DNA of 64,000 nt from Vicinamibacterales bacterium (GCA_965203565.1 OZ241896.1:41707-105706); one strand, 5' to 3'. Counted from the first letter of the stretch, positions 17,897 through 27,801 are shown. Numbers and translations: made by a program. Notes: generated from the sequence alone by a model not told the origin.

Positions 17897-20800
17897 ATGC
17901 TGACTCCCCCCCCCCCCCCCCCGGATTTGATTCCCGCTGACGCTCGCCGGCGGCCTTTTCGCGCAACCCGACTCGCCGTCGGGCTGCTGATCGCCGCCGT
18001 CCCGTGGACGTTCGCCGCCGACGCGGACGCGCAGACGCTGCCGGTGCTGTCGATCGATTCGCCGAGCGTGGTCGAGGGCGACAGCGGTTCGACGAACCTG
18101 AACTTCACCGTGACTCTGAGCGCGTCCAGCACCAGCCAGGTGACGGTGGCCTACGCCGACGCCGGGACGGGGACGGCGACGAGCGGCACGGACTACACGG
18201 CGCTGACGGCGGGGATGCTGACGTTCGCGGCGGGGACGACGAGCCGGACGATCACGGTGTCGGTGACGGGCGACACGAGCCACGAGTCGCACGAGACCGT
18301 GGTGGTCACCCTGAGCAACCCGACGAACGCGACGGTGTCGGCGACGGCGGGCAGCGGGACGGGGACGATCCGGGACGACGAGGGGCTGACGCTGTCGGTC
18401 AATTCGCCGACCGTGGCCGAAGGGGACAGCGGCTCGACGAACCTGAACTTCACGGTGAGTCTGAGCGCGGCGAGCACGCAGAACGTCAACGTGATATTCG
18501 GGATCACGGGGGGCACGGCGACGGCGGGCACGGACTACACGACGTCCTTGACGAACAACCGGATACGGCTGCGCTTCAGGCCGGGCCAGACGAGCAAGAC
18601 GATCACGCTGGCGGTGCAGGGAGACACGCTCGACGAGCCGGACGAGACGGTGTTGGTGGCCTTGAGCGGGGCTTCCTTCAACGCGCGGATTACGACGGGC
18701 ACGGGGACCGGCACGATCACCGACGACGACCCTTTGCCGACCCTCTCGATCGATTCGCCGAGCGTGACCGAGGGCGACAGCGGCTCGACGGACATGATCT
18801 TCACGATAAGCCTGAGCGCGGCGAGCGGCAGGGAGGTGAGGATGGCGTACGGGATCTATCCGGGGGACGGTACGGCCACTGCTAACACGGACTTCACGGG
18901 GATAGACGGCTTTCGGTTCTTCACGTTCGCGCCGGGGGAGACGAGCAAGACGTTCACGGTGGAGGTGCTGGGGGACACGGACCCCGAGGCGGACGAGACG
19001 GTGGGAATCAGGCTTGCGGCCGGGCCGGCAAACGCAGTGCTCGGGGGAAACGGGAGGGGAGTCGGGACCATCACGGACGACGACATCGCGTTTCTGCGGA
19101 CCGGCCCGGCGAGCGTGGCGGAGGGGGACAGCGGCTCGACGAACCTGAACTTCACGGTGAGTCTGGCGGCGGCGAGCGGGAAGACGGTGACGGTGGACTA
19201 CGCCGACACCGGCAGGGGAACGGCGACGAGCGGTACGGACTACACGGCGTTGGCCGCGGGTACCTTGACCATTGCGCCGGGGGATACGAGCGGGACGATC
19301 ACGGTGGAGGTGACGGGGGACGAAGTTGTCGAGCGGCCCGAGACGGTGCTGCTGACCCTGAGCAATCCGACGAACGCGCGGTTCCTGATAGCAAGCATGG
19401 CCAGCTTGACGGGGACGATCCGGGACGACGACGGCTTCCCGGTGGCGAACGCGGGAGCGGACCAGACGGTGAGCGAGGGCGCCACGGTGACCCTGTCGGG
19501 GAGCGGTTCGGACCCTGACGGCACTCCGGTGAGCGGCTATCGGTGGACCCAGACGGCCGGCCCGGCGGTGACGCTGACGAGCGCGACGACGGCGACGACG
19601 AGCTTCACGGCGCCGACCGGTCTGGCGGCCGACGAGACGTTGCGGTTTTCGCTGGTGGTGACGGCGGGCTTCGAAGGCGGGTCGGACTCGGTGGACATCC
19701 TGGTGAACGCGGCCAACCCGAACTGGACGGCGGAAGCGGGGCCGAACCAGACGGTGGAGGAAGACGACGCGGTGACCCTGTCGGGGAGGACCCTGTCGGG
19801 GGGCGCCGATCTGACCCTGCAGGGCGTGATGCAGCCGGGCTATTCGTGGCGCCATACGAGCGGCGGCGGCTCGACGGTGCGTCTGACGGGGGCGGCGACG
19901 GCGTCGCCGCGCTTCACGGCGCCGAACCTGTTGGCGGACGCGACGTTGACGTTCACGCTGACGGTGACGGTGGGCAACGACACCATGACGGACACGGTGG
20001 ACGTCACGGTGCAGGCGGACAACGACGATCCGGCGGCGAACGCGGGTCCGGACCAGACGGTGTACGAGGGCGGCGCGGTGACGCTGCCGGGGAGAGGTTC
20101 GGATCCCGAGGGCGAGTCGCTGAGCTACTCGTGGAGCCAGACGGAGGGTCCGAACGTGACGCTGACGGGCGCGCTGTCGCCGACGGCGCGCTTCACGGCG
20201 CCGTTGGTGACGTCGGACGTGACGCTGACGTTCACGCTGACGGTGACGGCGGGCGGGGCCACCGCCACGGACACGGTGGCGGTGACGGTCGAACCCCTCG
20301 TGCTGATGGCGAACGCGGGCCCGGACCAGGTGGTGGACGAGGGCGACGCGGTGCGCCTGGACGGGACCGGTTCGACGGCGCCGCTCGGGGCCGGCCCGCT
20401 GATCTACTCGTGGAGCCAGACGGGCGGCAGCCCGAGCGTGACGCTGACGGGGGCGACGACGGCGACGCCGAGCTTCACGGCGCCGTCGGGTCTGACGGCG
20501 GACGTGACGCTGACGTTCACGCTGACGGTGACGGTGGGCGGAGAGGGGGCGGCCAGCGAAACGGACACGGTGGAGGTGACGGTCGAGTGGATTGGCCCGG
20601 TTGGCGCGCCCACGGTGCTGACGGCGGACGCGGGAGAGGACCGGACGGTGGACGGCGGCGACGCGGTGCGCCTGGACGGGAGCGGCTCGACGGCGCCGCC
20701 CGGCGAGGAGCTGCGCTGGTCGTGGCGCCAGACGGGGGGCGGCCCGAGCGTGACGCTGACGGGGGCGACGACGGCGACGCCGAGCTTCACGGCGCCGGAC

Positions 20801-23734
20801 GTGACGTCGAACGTGACGTTGACGTTCACGCTGACGGTGACGGCGGGCGGGGACAGCGTGACGGACACGGTGGACGTCACGGTGACGCCGCGGGCGCCGG
20901 GGACGCCGGTGAACCGGCCGCCGGCGATCACGCTCTCCGGCGACCGGACGTATCGGCAAGGGGAGCGGGTCTCGCCGTTCATCGTCGCGGCGAGCGACCC
21001 GGACGGCGACGCGGTGGAGGTGGAGGTGGTCGGTCTGCCGCCGGGCCTGCGGCACGGGGGCGGGCTGGTGGAAGGGACGGTGGCGGCCGACGCGGCGGCG
21101 CAGGTCCACCGGGTGACGGTGACGGCTTCCGACGGCGTGGCGGCTCCGGTGCGGGCGACGTTCACGGTGACGGTGACGGCGCCGGATCGGGAGCCGGACC
21201 GGCCGCCGACGGGGGAGGCGCCTCCGGACCTGCGGCCGTCGTTCGCGGGGGTTCCGCCGGTTTCGCGGCAGTACCGGGTGGGCCGTCCGGCGGCCGGTTC
21301 GGCGCTGCCGGCGGCCGCAGGGGGCGACCGGCCGCTGCGGTACGAGCTGACGCCGGCGCCGCCGGCGGGCCTGCGGTTCGACGGCGGGAGCCGGACGTTG
21401 ACGGGGACGCCGACGGCCGAGCAGCGGCCGGCGCCCTGGACGCTGACGGCGACCGACGCGGACGGCGACACGGCGACGCTGGAGGTGACGATGGCGGTGC
21501 TCGACCCGCCGGTGGTGACCGGCCTGCGGCTGGTGTCGCAGCCGGCGGCGGGGGACACGTACGGGTACGGGGAAGCGGTCGCGGCGGAGGTGGCGTTCAG
21601 CGAGCCGGTCGAGGTGGCGGGGGCGCCGACGCTGGGACTGACGGTCGGCTCGGCGGTGCGGACGATGCGTCTGACGGGCGCCGAGGGTCCGCGGCTGCGG
21701 TTCGGGTACCGGGTGTCGGAGACCGACCTGGACGAGGACGGCGTGAGCGTGTCGGCGGACGCGCTGGCGCTGGGCGGCGGCCGGATCACGGACGCGCTGG
21801 GGACGGCGGCCGAGTTGGGGCATGCGGGTCTGGCGGGCCAGGCGGGACACCGGGTGGACGGGCGGCCTCGGGCGGTGGGGACGCTGCGCACGGTGACGGT
21901 GGTGCTGGGCGGCGCGGCGGCGCGGGTCGAGCTGTCGGGCGCGTTCCGGGGAGCGGAGACGTATGCGGCGGCGGTGGCGGACGGGTCGCTGGCGGCGGTG
22001 GAGGTGGACGGTTCGTCGGCGGTGGTGACCGGGTTGGCGGAGGGGACGACGACGGTGACGGTGACGGGCCGGAACGCGGGAGGTTCGGCGGAGCAGCGGT
22101 TCGGGGTGGTGGTGACGGCGTCGGCGGCGGAGCGCGAAGTGATGGTGTCGACGCTGGCGGGGGTGGGACGGAGCCTCCTGGCCGGCGCGTCCGCGACGGT
22201 GGGACGCCGTCTGGACGGGAGCGGCGGCGGCGGGGCGCCCGAGGCGCAGGCGTCGCTGGCGGGCCGGACGCTGCCGCTGGCGGGCGGCCCGGCGTCGGCG
22301 GCGGGGCGGACGGCGTGGCTGCGTCCGGAGGCGGGGACGTGGTCGCCGGCGGCGGCGTCTGCGGCGCCGGCGCTGGACCGGCCGCGGGCGGCGGCGCGGC
22401 GGGCGGCGGTGCGGGCGGGACTGACCACGGCGCAGGGCGGGCGGCTGACGGGCGAGGAGCTGCTGTTCGGCAGCGCGTTCACCTTCTCCGGCGGCGGGAC
22501 CGGCCAGGCGGCGGCCGAGGCCGGGCCGGGCGCGGGCGGCGGGCTGCGGTGGACGGCGTGGGGAGCGGGCGACCGGCAGTCGTTCCAGGGAACGGCCGGC
22601 TCGGGTGCGACCTACGACGGGCGGCCGGCGACGGCGGCGGCGGGGGTGGACGTCGAGCGGGGCCGCCTGCTGGCGGGGGTGGCGGTGGCGCGGAGCGTGG
22701 CCGATGCAAACTATGCGTTCCGCGACGCGGCGGAGGGCGTGAGCGGGCAGGGCGCGGTGGCGACGCGGCTGGTGACGGCGCAGCCGTATGCGCGGTGGGC
22801 GCTGGACGAGCGGACGTCGGTGTGGGGCGTGTTCGGCGCCGGCTGGGGCCGGGCGGAGGTGGCGCGGTCGGTGACGGCGGCGGCCGAATCGGCCGACCTG
22901 GCGGTGCTGATGGGACTCGGCGGCGTGCGGCGGGAACTCGGGCCGGCCGGCGGGCTGGAACTGGCGCTGCGGGGCGACGTGGGCGGGGCGTGGCTGGAGA
23001 CCGGCGGCGGCGGCGGCGGCCTGCTGGCGGGGCGGCGGGTGGCGGTGCACCAGTCGCGGCTGGGCCTGGAGATCGGACGGACGTTCGGAACGGGGCTGAC
23101 GGTGCGGCCGTTCGCGGCGGTGAGCGGACGGTACGACGGCGGGGCGGGGGCGACGGGGACGGGGCTGGAGGTGGCGGGCGGATTGCGGGCGTCGGACGGG
23201 GCGGGACGCGTCGAGGTGGAGGCGTCGGGGCGGGTGCTGGCGCTGCACACGGAGTCGGGATACCGGGAGCGGGGAGTGAGCGTGCGGGCGCGGCTGACGC
23301 CGGGAGGCGACCCCGGACGGGGGCTGTCGGTCGAGGTGACGCCGCGGTGGGGGGCGCCGCAGATCGGCGCGGAGACGCTGTGGCGGGACCAGGCGCTCGG
23401 CGCGGCGGCGGGCGGCGGCCGGCCGGAGACCGGCGCGCTCGATGCGCGGGTGGGATACGGACTCGGACTGCTGGCGCCGTTCGCGGAGATGGGATGGGCG
23501 GAGGACGCGCAGCGGCAGCGGCTCGGCCTGCGGGTGGGGCAGTTCGGCGACGCCGTCGACGTCGAGGTGACCGGCGAACGGTACGCCTTGCTCGGACGCC
23601 CGACCGACCACCGCTTCTCGCTCATCGGCCGCATCGGGTTCGGAGCGCCTCGGACGGCGCTCCCCCCCGCGCCCTGGATGAATCCGCCGTCCTTGCACTA
23701 CGCGCAGGCGGACGACGCCGCCGAGACGCCGTAG
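17897..23734 (+). CDS. giant surface adhesin: signal peptide, 4 Calx-beta, 5 PKD-like, Ig-like repeats, autotransporter-like beta-barrel
   Basis: 1945-aa ORF.
- The signal-like N-terminus is RRRPFRATRLAVGLLIAAVPWTFAADA.
- Four ~115-aa repeats match Calx-beta: SV.EGDSGSTNLNFTV.LSAAS...TATSGTDYT...F..G.TS.TITV.V.GD...E..ETV.
- Five ~95-aa repeats are PKD-like: ANAGPDQTV.EG..V.L.G.GS...Y.W.QT.G..VTLTGATTATPSFTAP....TLTFTLTVT.
- Two putative Ig (PPGL...GT) domains and a Big_2-like domain follow.
- The C-terminal ~500 aa are Gly/Ala/Arg-rich with alternating-pattern strands ending FSLIGRIGF. Confidence 0.85.
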   Translation: MLTPPPPPPDLIPADARRRPFRATRLAVGLLIAAVPWTFAADADAQTLPVLSIDSPSVVEGDSGSTNLNFTVTLSASSTSQVTVAYADAGTGTATSGTDYTALTAGMLTFAAGTTSRTITVSVTGDTSHESHETVVVTLSNPTNATVSATAGSGTGTIRDDEGLTLSVNSPTVAEGDSGSTNLNFTVSLSAASTQNVNVIFGITGGTATAGTDYTTSLTNNRIRLRFRPGQTSKTITLAVQGDTLDEPDETVLVALSGASFNARITTGTGTGTITDDDPLPTLSIDSPSVTEGDSGSTDMIFTISLSAASGREVRMAYGIYPGDGTATANTDFTGIDGFRFFTFAPGETSKTFTVEVLGDTDPEADETVGIRLAAGPANAVLGGNGRGVGTITDDDIAFLRTGPASVAEGDSGSTNLNFTVSLAAASGKTVTVDYADTGRGTATSGTDYTALAAGTLTIAPGDTSGTITVEVTGDEVVERPETVLLTLSNPTNARFLIASMASLTGTIRDDDGFPVANAGADQTVSEGATVTLSGSGSDPDGTPVSGYRWTQTAGPAVTLTSATTATTSFTAPTGLAADETLRFSLVVTAGFEGGSDSVDILVNAANPNWTAEAGPNQTVEEDDAVTLSGRTLSGGADLTLQGVMQPGYSWRHTSGGGSTVRLTGAATASPRFTAPNLLADATLTFTLTVTVGNDTMTDTVDVTVQADNDDPAANAGPDQTVYEGGAVTLPGRGSDPEGESLSYSWSQTEGPNVTLTGALSPTARFTAPLVTSDVTLTFTLTVTAGGATATDTVAVTVEPLVLMANAGPDQVVDEGDAVRLDGTGSTAPLGAGPLIYSWSQTGGSPSVTLTGATTATPSFTAPSGLTADVTLTFTLTVTVGGEGAASETDTVEVTVEWIGPVGAPTVLTADAGEDRTVDGGDAVRLDGSGSTAPPGEELRWSWRQTGGGPSVTLTGATTATPSFTAPDVTSNVTLTFTLTVTAGGDSVTDTVDVTVTPRAPGTPVNRPPAITLSGDRTYRQGERVSPFIVAASDPDGDAVEVEVVGLPPGLRHGGGLVEGTVAADAAAQVHRVTVTASDGVAAPVRATFTVTVTAPDREPDRPPTGEAPPDLRPSFAGVPPVSRQYRVGRPAAGSALPAAAGGDRPLRYELTPAPPAGLRFDGGSRTLTGTPTAEQRPAPWTLTATDADGDTATLEVTMAVLDPPVVTGLRLVSQPAAGDTYGYGEAVAAEVAFSEPVEVAGAPTLGLTVGSAVRTMRLTGAEGPRLRFGYRVSETDLDEDGVSVSADALALGGGRITDALGTAAELGHAGLAGQAGHRVDGRPRAVGTLRTVTVVLGGAAARVELSGAFRGAETYAAAVADGSLAAVEVDGSSAVVTGLAEGTTTVTVTGRNAGGSAEQRFGVVVTASAAEREVMVSTLAGVGRSLLAGASATVGRRLDGSGGGGAPEAQASLAGRTLPLAGGPASAAGRTAWLRPEAGTWSPAAASAAPALDRPRAAARRAAVRAGLTTAQGGRLTGEELLFGSAFTFSGGGTGQAAAEAGPGAGGGLRWTAWGAGDRQSFQGTAGSGATYDGRPATAAAGVDVERGRLLAGVAVARSVADANYAFRDAAEGVSGQGAVATRLVTAQPYARWALDERTSVWGVFGAGWGRAEVARSVTAAAESADLAVLMGLGGVRRELGPAGGLELALRGDVGGAWLETGGGGGGLLAGRRVAVHQSRLGLEIGRTFGTGLTVRPFAAVSGRYDGGAGATGTGLEVAGGLRASDGAGRVEVEASGRVLALHTESGYRERGVSVRARLTPGGDPGRGLSVEVTPRWGAPQIGAETLWRDQALGAAAGGGRPETGALDARVGYGLGLLAPFAEMGWAEDAQRQRLGLRVGQFGDAVDVEVTGERYALLGRPTDHRFSLIGRIGFGAPRTALPPAPWMNPPSLHYAQADDAAETP
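17906..17922 (+). repeat. C17 homopolymeric tract at codons 4-9 of the adhesin ORF
   Basis: Counted directly: 5+10+2 consecutive C. It encodes PPPPPP in the frame of ATG 17897. Confidence 0.95.
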
Positions 23735-23740
23735 CGCGTC

Positions 23741-24436
23741 ATGAGCCAGCCGTTTTCACCGCCTCCTTACCCGCGCCACTGTAAGGGGGACGCCATGGAC
23801 TTCGACGTCGAAGGTCACCTCGCCGCCATGGAGCGGTCCGTTTCGACCCTGGAACGCAATGGACGGCCCGCGTACGCGGTCTCTCTCGCCCGCGGCCATG
23901 CGACGACGCTGGACAACCTCTGGGGCGCGGCGACCGACCGCGCGCGCATCCCGCGCTGGTTCCTGCCGATCAGCGGCGATCTCGAGCCGGGCGGCCGCTT
24001 CCAGTTGGAGGGCAACGCGGGGGGCGTGATCACGGCGTGCGAACGGCTGTCGCACTTCGCGCTCACCTGGGAGTTCGGCGGCGACACGAGCTGGGTGGAG
24101 GTGCGGTTCTCGGAAGACCCGGCCGGGGGCGCGCGGGTCGCGCTGACCCACGTTGCGCACCGTTCGATGCACTGGGACGAGTACGGGCCGGGCGCGCTCG
24201 GCGTCGGCTGGGAGCAGGCGCTGCTCGGACTCGCAATGCACGTCGATCGGCCGGACGGGCCGAAGCCGGACGAAGCGGCCTTCGCGGCCTCCCGGAACGG
24301 CCGGGCGTTCATCGCCGGCAGCGGCGCAGGGTGGGAGCGGGCGGCGGTGGCGGCCGGAACCGACCCCGCCGCCGCGCGCGCCGCGGCGCGGCGCACGGTC
24401 GCGTTCTACACCGGCGAGCCGGTCGGCGCCGAATGA
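23741..24436 (+). CDS. SRPBCC/AHSA1-like domain protein
   Basis: 231-aa ORF; the ATG at 23795 (MDFDVEGH) is an alternative start. LWGAATDRARIPRWFLPISGDLEPGGRFQLEGNAGGVITACE...FALTWEFGG resembles the START/AHSA1 (SRPBCC) fold family. Confidence 0.6.
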   Translation: MSQPFSPPPYPRHCKGDAMDFDVEGHLAAMERSVSTLERNGRPAYAVSLARGHATTLDNLWGAATDRARIPRWFLPISGDLEPGGRFQLEGNAGGVITACERLSHFALTWEFGGDTSWVEVRFSEDPAGGARVALTHVAHRSMHWDEYGPGALGVGWEQALLGLAMHVDRPDGPKPDEAAFAASRNGRAFIAGSGAGWERAAVAAGTDPAAARAAARRTVAFYTGEPVGAE

Positions 24437-24578
24437 CCCGTTGCGCGTCATGAAACACCGAATCGCGGCGGCGGATCTGCGCGCAGCTCCGGAGGTCGGA
24501 CTTCAGGTCCAGCAGGCGATCGGGCATCGGCCGGCGCCGGTGATGCTCCCGCGTGCGGCCGTCTCGGTTCCCTCGGGA

Positions 24579-26252
24579 CTACGACTCCGGCCAGTCGAAG
24601 ATGCGGTCGAACAGGTCGAGCTTCGCCTTGCGGACCCCCTCGACCACCCGGACCTCGGCGCCGAACTCTATCGACCGGTCGGTGGCGCGCTCGTAGCGCG
24701 GCCATGCGGGCAACCCTTCGCCGTTCGGGTCGCCGGTCCGCGCGAAGTTGGTCCAGTACCGGGTGATGACGCGCGCCAGCTCGTGGTCCCAGTCGGTCCA
24801 GTCGAGCCCGACGAGGCCGGTGTTCCCGAAGACGTACGCCAGCTCGCCCGAGTGGTAGGCGCCGTAGGACCGCCGGCCGCCCTCCACCCGGAGGTCCGGC
24901 TGGTCGTGGACGTAGAGCCGGAAAACCGGCGGCGCGTGGCTGAAGAAATACAGGTAGGCGTCGTTGCCCGCCGCTTCGACGGCGCGCGCCCAGGCGCGCA
25001 TCTCCCAGACGAACCGGCGGTCGGTCCGGATCTGCCGGGCGGCGGTCGTCGGCGAGTCGTCGAGCTCGCCGGCGTACGCCGCCAGCAGCGCGTCGGCCGC
25101 CGAGCCGTACTCGCTCCGCACCGACGCCTCCAGCTCGTCCCGCGTCGGCGCGCCGCCTGCGAGGTCGGCGTTGATCTCGTCCGCCGTCGCGCCGACCACG
25201 ACCGGGACGTCGTTGTGCTCCCCGGCGGCGAAGATGGCGCGCGGCGGCCTGGGAACCACCCACCCGTCGATGACGGCGCCCGACCCGAGCGTCTCGTCCA
25301 GCACCGTTTCGGGCGCCAGCGCCCGCAGCGCCGCCGCGGCCTCCGGGCCTTCGCCCTCCACGCCCAGCGCGGACGCCGCGGCCAGGCCGGCGGCGTGCGC
25401 CGACCGCTCCGCGTCCGGCTCGTCCGGCGCGTCGGCCAGGTGCGGGCGCTCGCCCTCGAAGCAGCCGCCCGACTGGCCGATCGCCTTGTGGAACAGCCCC
25501 TTGGCCAGCGGCGACGCCATGAGGTAGCAGACGGTCCACGACCCGGCCGACTGCCCGAAGATCGTCACGTTCCCCGGGTCGCCGCCGAACGCCGCGGCGT
25601 TGTCGCGCACCCATTCGAGCGCGGCGATCTGATCGAGCAGGCCGTAGTTGCCGGACGACGCCCGCGGCGACTCGGCCGTCAGCGCGGGGTGGGCCAGGAA
25701 GCCGAACGGCCCGAGCCGGTAGTTGAGCGTCACGAGCACGACGCCGCGCCGCGCCAGCGCCGCGCCGTCGAAGATGCGCGGGCTGCCGACGCCGGCGTTG
25801 TGGCCGCCGCCGTGGTACCAGACCATCACCGGCAGGGCCGCCCCGGCGTCGGCGGCGGGCGTCCAGACGTTGAGGTGCAGGCAGTCCTCGCTCCGGTCCA
25901 GGCCGCCCCGCGCGTAGAGCGACGACATGTCGTTCGGGCGCTGCCAGCAGGCGGGGGCGAACGCCTGCGCCGGGCGGACGCCGTCCCACGGCTCGACCGG
26001 CGCCGGGGGACGCCAGCGGGCGTCGCCGACCGGCGGTTGCGCGTACGGGACGCCGCGGAAGACGAGCAGGCTGCGCGCGTCATCGGCGTACTCCCCTTCG
26101 AGCGCGCCGGCCGACGTCTCCACCGTCGTTCCGAGCGGAACGGCGCTGCCGGCGCTGCCGGCCGAGCCGGCCGCCGCGTCGCCGCCGCCGGACGGCCCGC
26201 AGGCGGCGAGCGCCAGAAGCGGGGCGAGCGCCAGAAGCTTTGACCATTGCAT
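24579..26252 (-). CDS. type-B carboxylesterase/lipase lipoprotein
   Basis: FRGVPYAQPPVGDARWRPP, EDCLHLNVW, and the nucleophile elbow IFGQSAGS. The start at 26250-26252 gives lipobox LLALAAC (the ORF opens at 26282). Confidence 0.85.
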   Translation of the reverse strand: MQWSKLLALAPLLALAACGPSGGGDAAAGSAGSAGSAVPLGTTVETSAGALEGEYADDARSLLVFRGVPYAQPPVGDARWRPPAPVEPWDGVRPAQAFAPACWQRPNDMSSLYARGGLDRSEDCLHLNVWTPAADAGAALPVMVWYHGGGHNAGVGSPRIFDGAALARRGVVLVTLNYRLGPFGFLAHPALTAESPRASSGNYGLLDQIAALEWVRDNAAAFGGDPGNVTIFGQSAGSWTVCYLMASPLAKGLFHKAIGQSGGCFEGERPHLADAPDEPDAERSAHAAGLAAASALGVEGEGPEAAAALRALAPETVLDETLGSGAVIDGWVVPRPPRAIFAAGEHNDVPVVVGATADEINADLAGGAPTRDELEASVRSEYGSAADALLAAYAGELDDSPTTAARQIRTDRRFVWEMRAWARAVEAAGNDAYLYFFSHAPPVFRLYVHDQPDLRVEGGRRSYGAYHSGELAYVFGNTGLVGLDWTDWDHELARVITRYWTNFARTGDPNGEGLPAWPRYERATDRSIEFGAEVRVVEGVRKAKLDLFDRIFDWPES

Positions 26253-26334
26253 TGCAGTCCCTCCAGTCGTCGGCGCCATCATAACCGCGTTGCACTACAA
26301 TCGGCGTCGCACCGCACGGGAAAGGAGCGGACGG

Positions 26335-27801
26335 ATGGCTGCGGCGGCCCGGCTCCGGCGCGCGAAGCCTGCGGCCCTGGCCGGCGCAGGGGTCGCGGGG
26401 TTCGCACTGCTCGGCCTCCTGTCGTACGCCTGGGTCCGGGCCGCCCCCGGCGGCGGCGCGGCGCAGCAGGACGCTCAGCCCGGCGACGTCCATCCCGACA
26501 TCGAGCTGTTCATCACCGCGGCGACGGCCGGCGACGAGCGGGCCGAACGCGCCCTCGACGAGATCCGCGCGCGGTGGCGCCCCGGCTACGCCGGGATGAT
26601 CTGGGACATGGCGCGGCTCCTCCGCCCGCCCAGCCCGCGGCTGATCGGGTTCGTCACGCTCGTCCGCTTCCTCGAGCAGCAGACCGGCCAGCGGTTCGGC
26701 CGGAACCTCGCCCGGTGGAGCCAGTGGGCGTGGGACCAGCCGTACGACCCGCACCCGGACTACGGCTACCTCAAGGGACAGTGGTACGGCCGGATCGACC
26801 CCCGGTTCGCCCACTTCTTCCCGCGCGGCGTCCGCTCGTCGATACGCCTGGACGAGATCGAGTGGGGCGGCGTGGCGGTCAACGGCATCCCGCCGCTCGA
26901 GTACCCCGAGAAGCTGCCGGCGGCGGAGGCCGGCTACCTGGAGGACGGCCACGTCGTCTTCGGCGTCGCGCTGAACGGCGAGGCGCGGGCCTATCCGAAG
27001 CGGATACTGGCGTGGCACGAGATGGCGCTCGACCGGGTCGGCGGCGTCGAGCTGACCGTCGTCTACTGCACGCTGTGCGGCACGGTGATCCCGTTCGAGA
27101 GCGTGGCGGAGGGGAGTCGTCGCACGTTCGGCACCAGCGGTCTGCTGTACCGCTCGAACAAGCTGATGTTCGACCACGAGACGCGCAGCCTGTGGAACAC
27201 GTTCGAAGGCGAGCCGGTGGTCGGCCCGCTGGTCGGGAGCGGCCTGCGGCTCACCGCCCGCGCCGTGGTGACGACCACCTGGGGCGAGTGGAGGGCGCGG
27301 CACCCGGCCACCACGGTCCTGTCGCTCGACACCGGCCACCGCCGCAACTACGACGAAGGGGCGGCGTACCGCGCGTACTTCGCCACCGACGACCTGATGT
27401 TCCAGGTCTCGACGACCGACCCCGAACGGCACCTGAAGAACAAGGCGGAGGTGCTGGTGATGCGGTTCGACGACCCCGACTCCGGCGCGCGCCGGCCGCT
27501 GGCGATAGCCGCCGACCTGCTCGCCGCCCGCCGGGTCTTCCGGCATCGGTTCGCCGGCCGCGACCTGGTGGTGGTGACGAGCGCGCGGGGCGCCAACCGG
27601 GTGTACGACGCAGGCGGCGTCCGGTTCGCGCGCCACGTCGGCGGCGCGGTGGTCGACGAGGACGGCCGGCGGTGGCGCGTCACCGAAGCGGCGCTGGAGC
27701 TGGCGTCCGACCGGTCGGTGCGCCGTCCCAGGCTGCCGGCTCAGCGCGCGTTCTGGTTCGGCTGGTACGCCCAGTTCCCCGACACCGCGCTGATCCGATA
27801 A
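26335..27801 (+). CDS. DUF3179 domain protein with N-terminal membrane anchor
   Basis: AAAGGAG lies 8 nt upstream of ATG 26335. GIPPLEYPE...VFGVALNGEARAYPKRILAWHEM...VVYCTLCGT...LYRSNKLMFDHET.SLWN is the DUF3179 pattern. Confidence 0.75.
   Translation: MAAAARLRRAKPAALAGAGVAGFALLGLLSYAWVRAAPGGGAAQQDAQPGDVHPDIELFITAATAGDERAERALDEIRARWRPGYAGMIWDMARLLRPPSPRLIGFVTLVRFLEQQTGQRFGRNLARWSQWAWDQPYDPHPDYGYLKGQWYGRIDPRFAHFFPRGVRSSIRLDEIEWGGVAVNGIPPLEYPEKLPAAEAGYLEDGHVVFGVALNGEARAYPKRILAWHEMALDRVGGVELTVVYCTLCGTVIPFESVAEGSRRTFGTSGLLYRSNKLMFDHETRSLWNTFEGEPVVGPLVGSGLRLTARAVVTTTWGEWRARHPATTVLSLDTGHRRNYDEGAAYRAYFATDDLMFQVSTTDPERHLKNKAEVLVMRFDDPDSGARRPLAIAADLLAARRVFRHRFAGRDLVVVTSARGANRVYDAGGVRFARHVGGAVVDEDGRRWRVTEAALELASDRSVRRPRLPAQRAFWFGWYAQFPDTALIR

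Noticed and set aside
17906-17922. Reading the C17 tract simply as a functional polyproline (PPPPPP) motif with no regulatory meaning.
   Set aside because: Not fully excluded. However, six prolines encoded exclusively by a perfect 17-nt homopolymer, with stop codons waiting within 2-6 codons in both shifted frames, fits a slippage switch better than selection for a protein motif.
18040-20900. Regularly spaced near-identical DNA repeats that could be mistaken for a CRISPR-like or tandem non-coding array.
   Set aside because: The period is about 290-345 bp. The repeats are in-frame Calx-beta and PKD-like protein modules within one ORF. There is no short repeat/spacer structure and no cas genes.
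17876-23698. 1940-aa minus-strand ORF antisense to the adhesin gene, and the 1413-aa plus-strand ORF 19543..23784 in another frame.
   Set aside because: Both translate to monotonous Arg/Pro/Gly/Ala-rich sequence with no domain-like repeats. The 17897..23734 frame gives clean Calx-beta, PKD and barrel modules. Long stop-free alternative frames are expected at roughly 70% GC.
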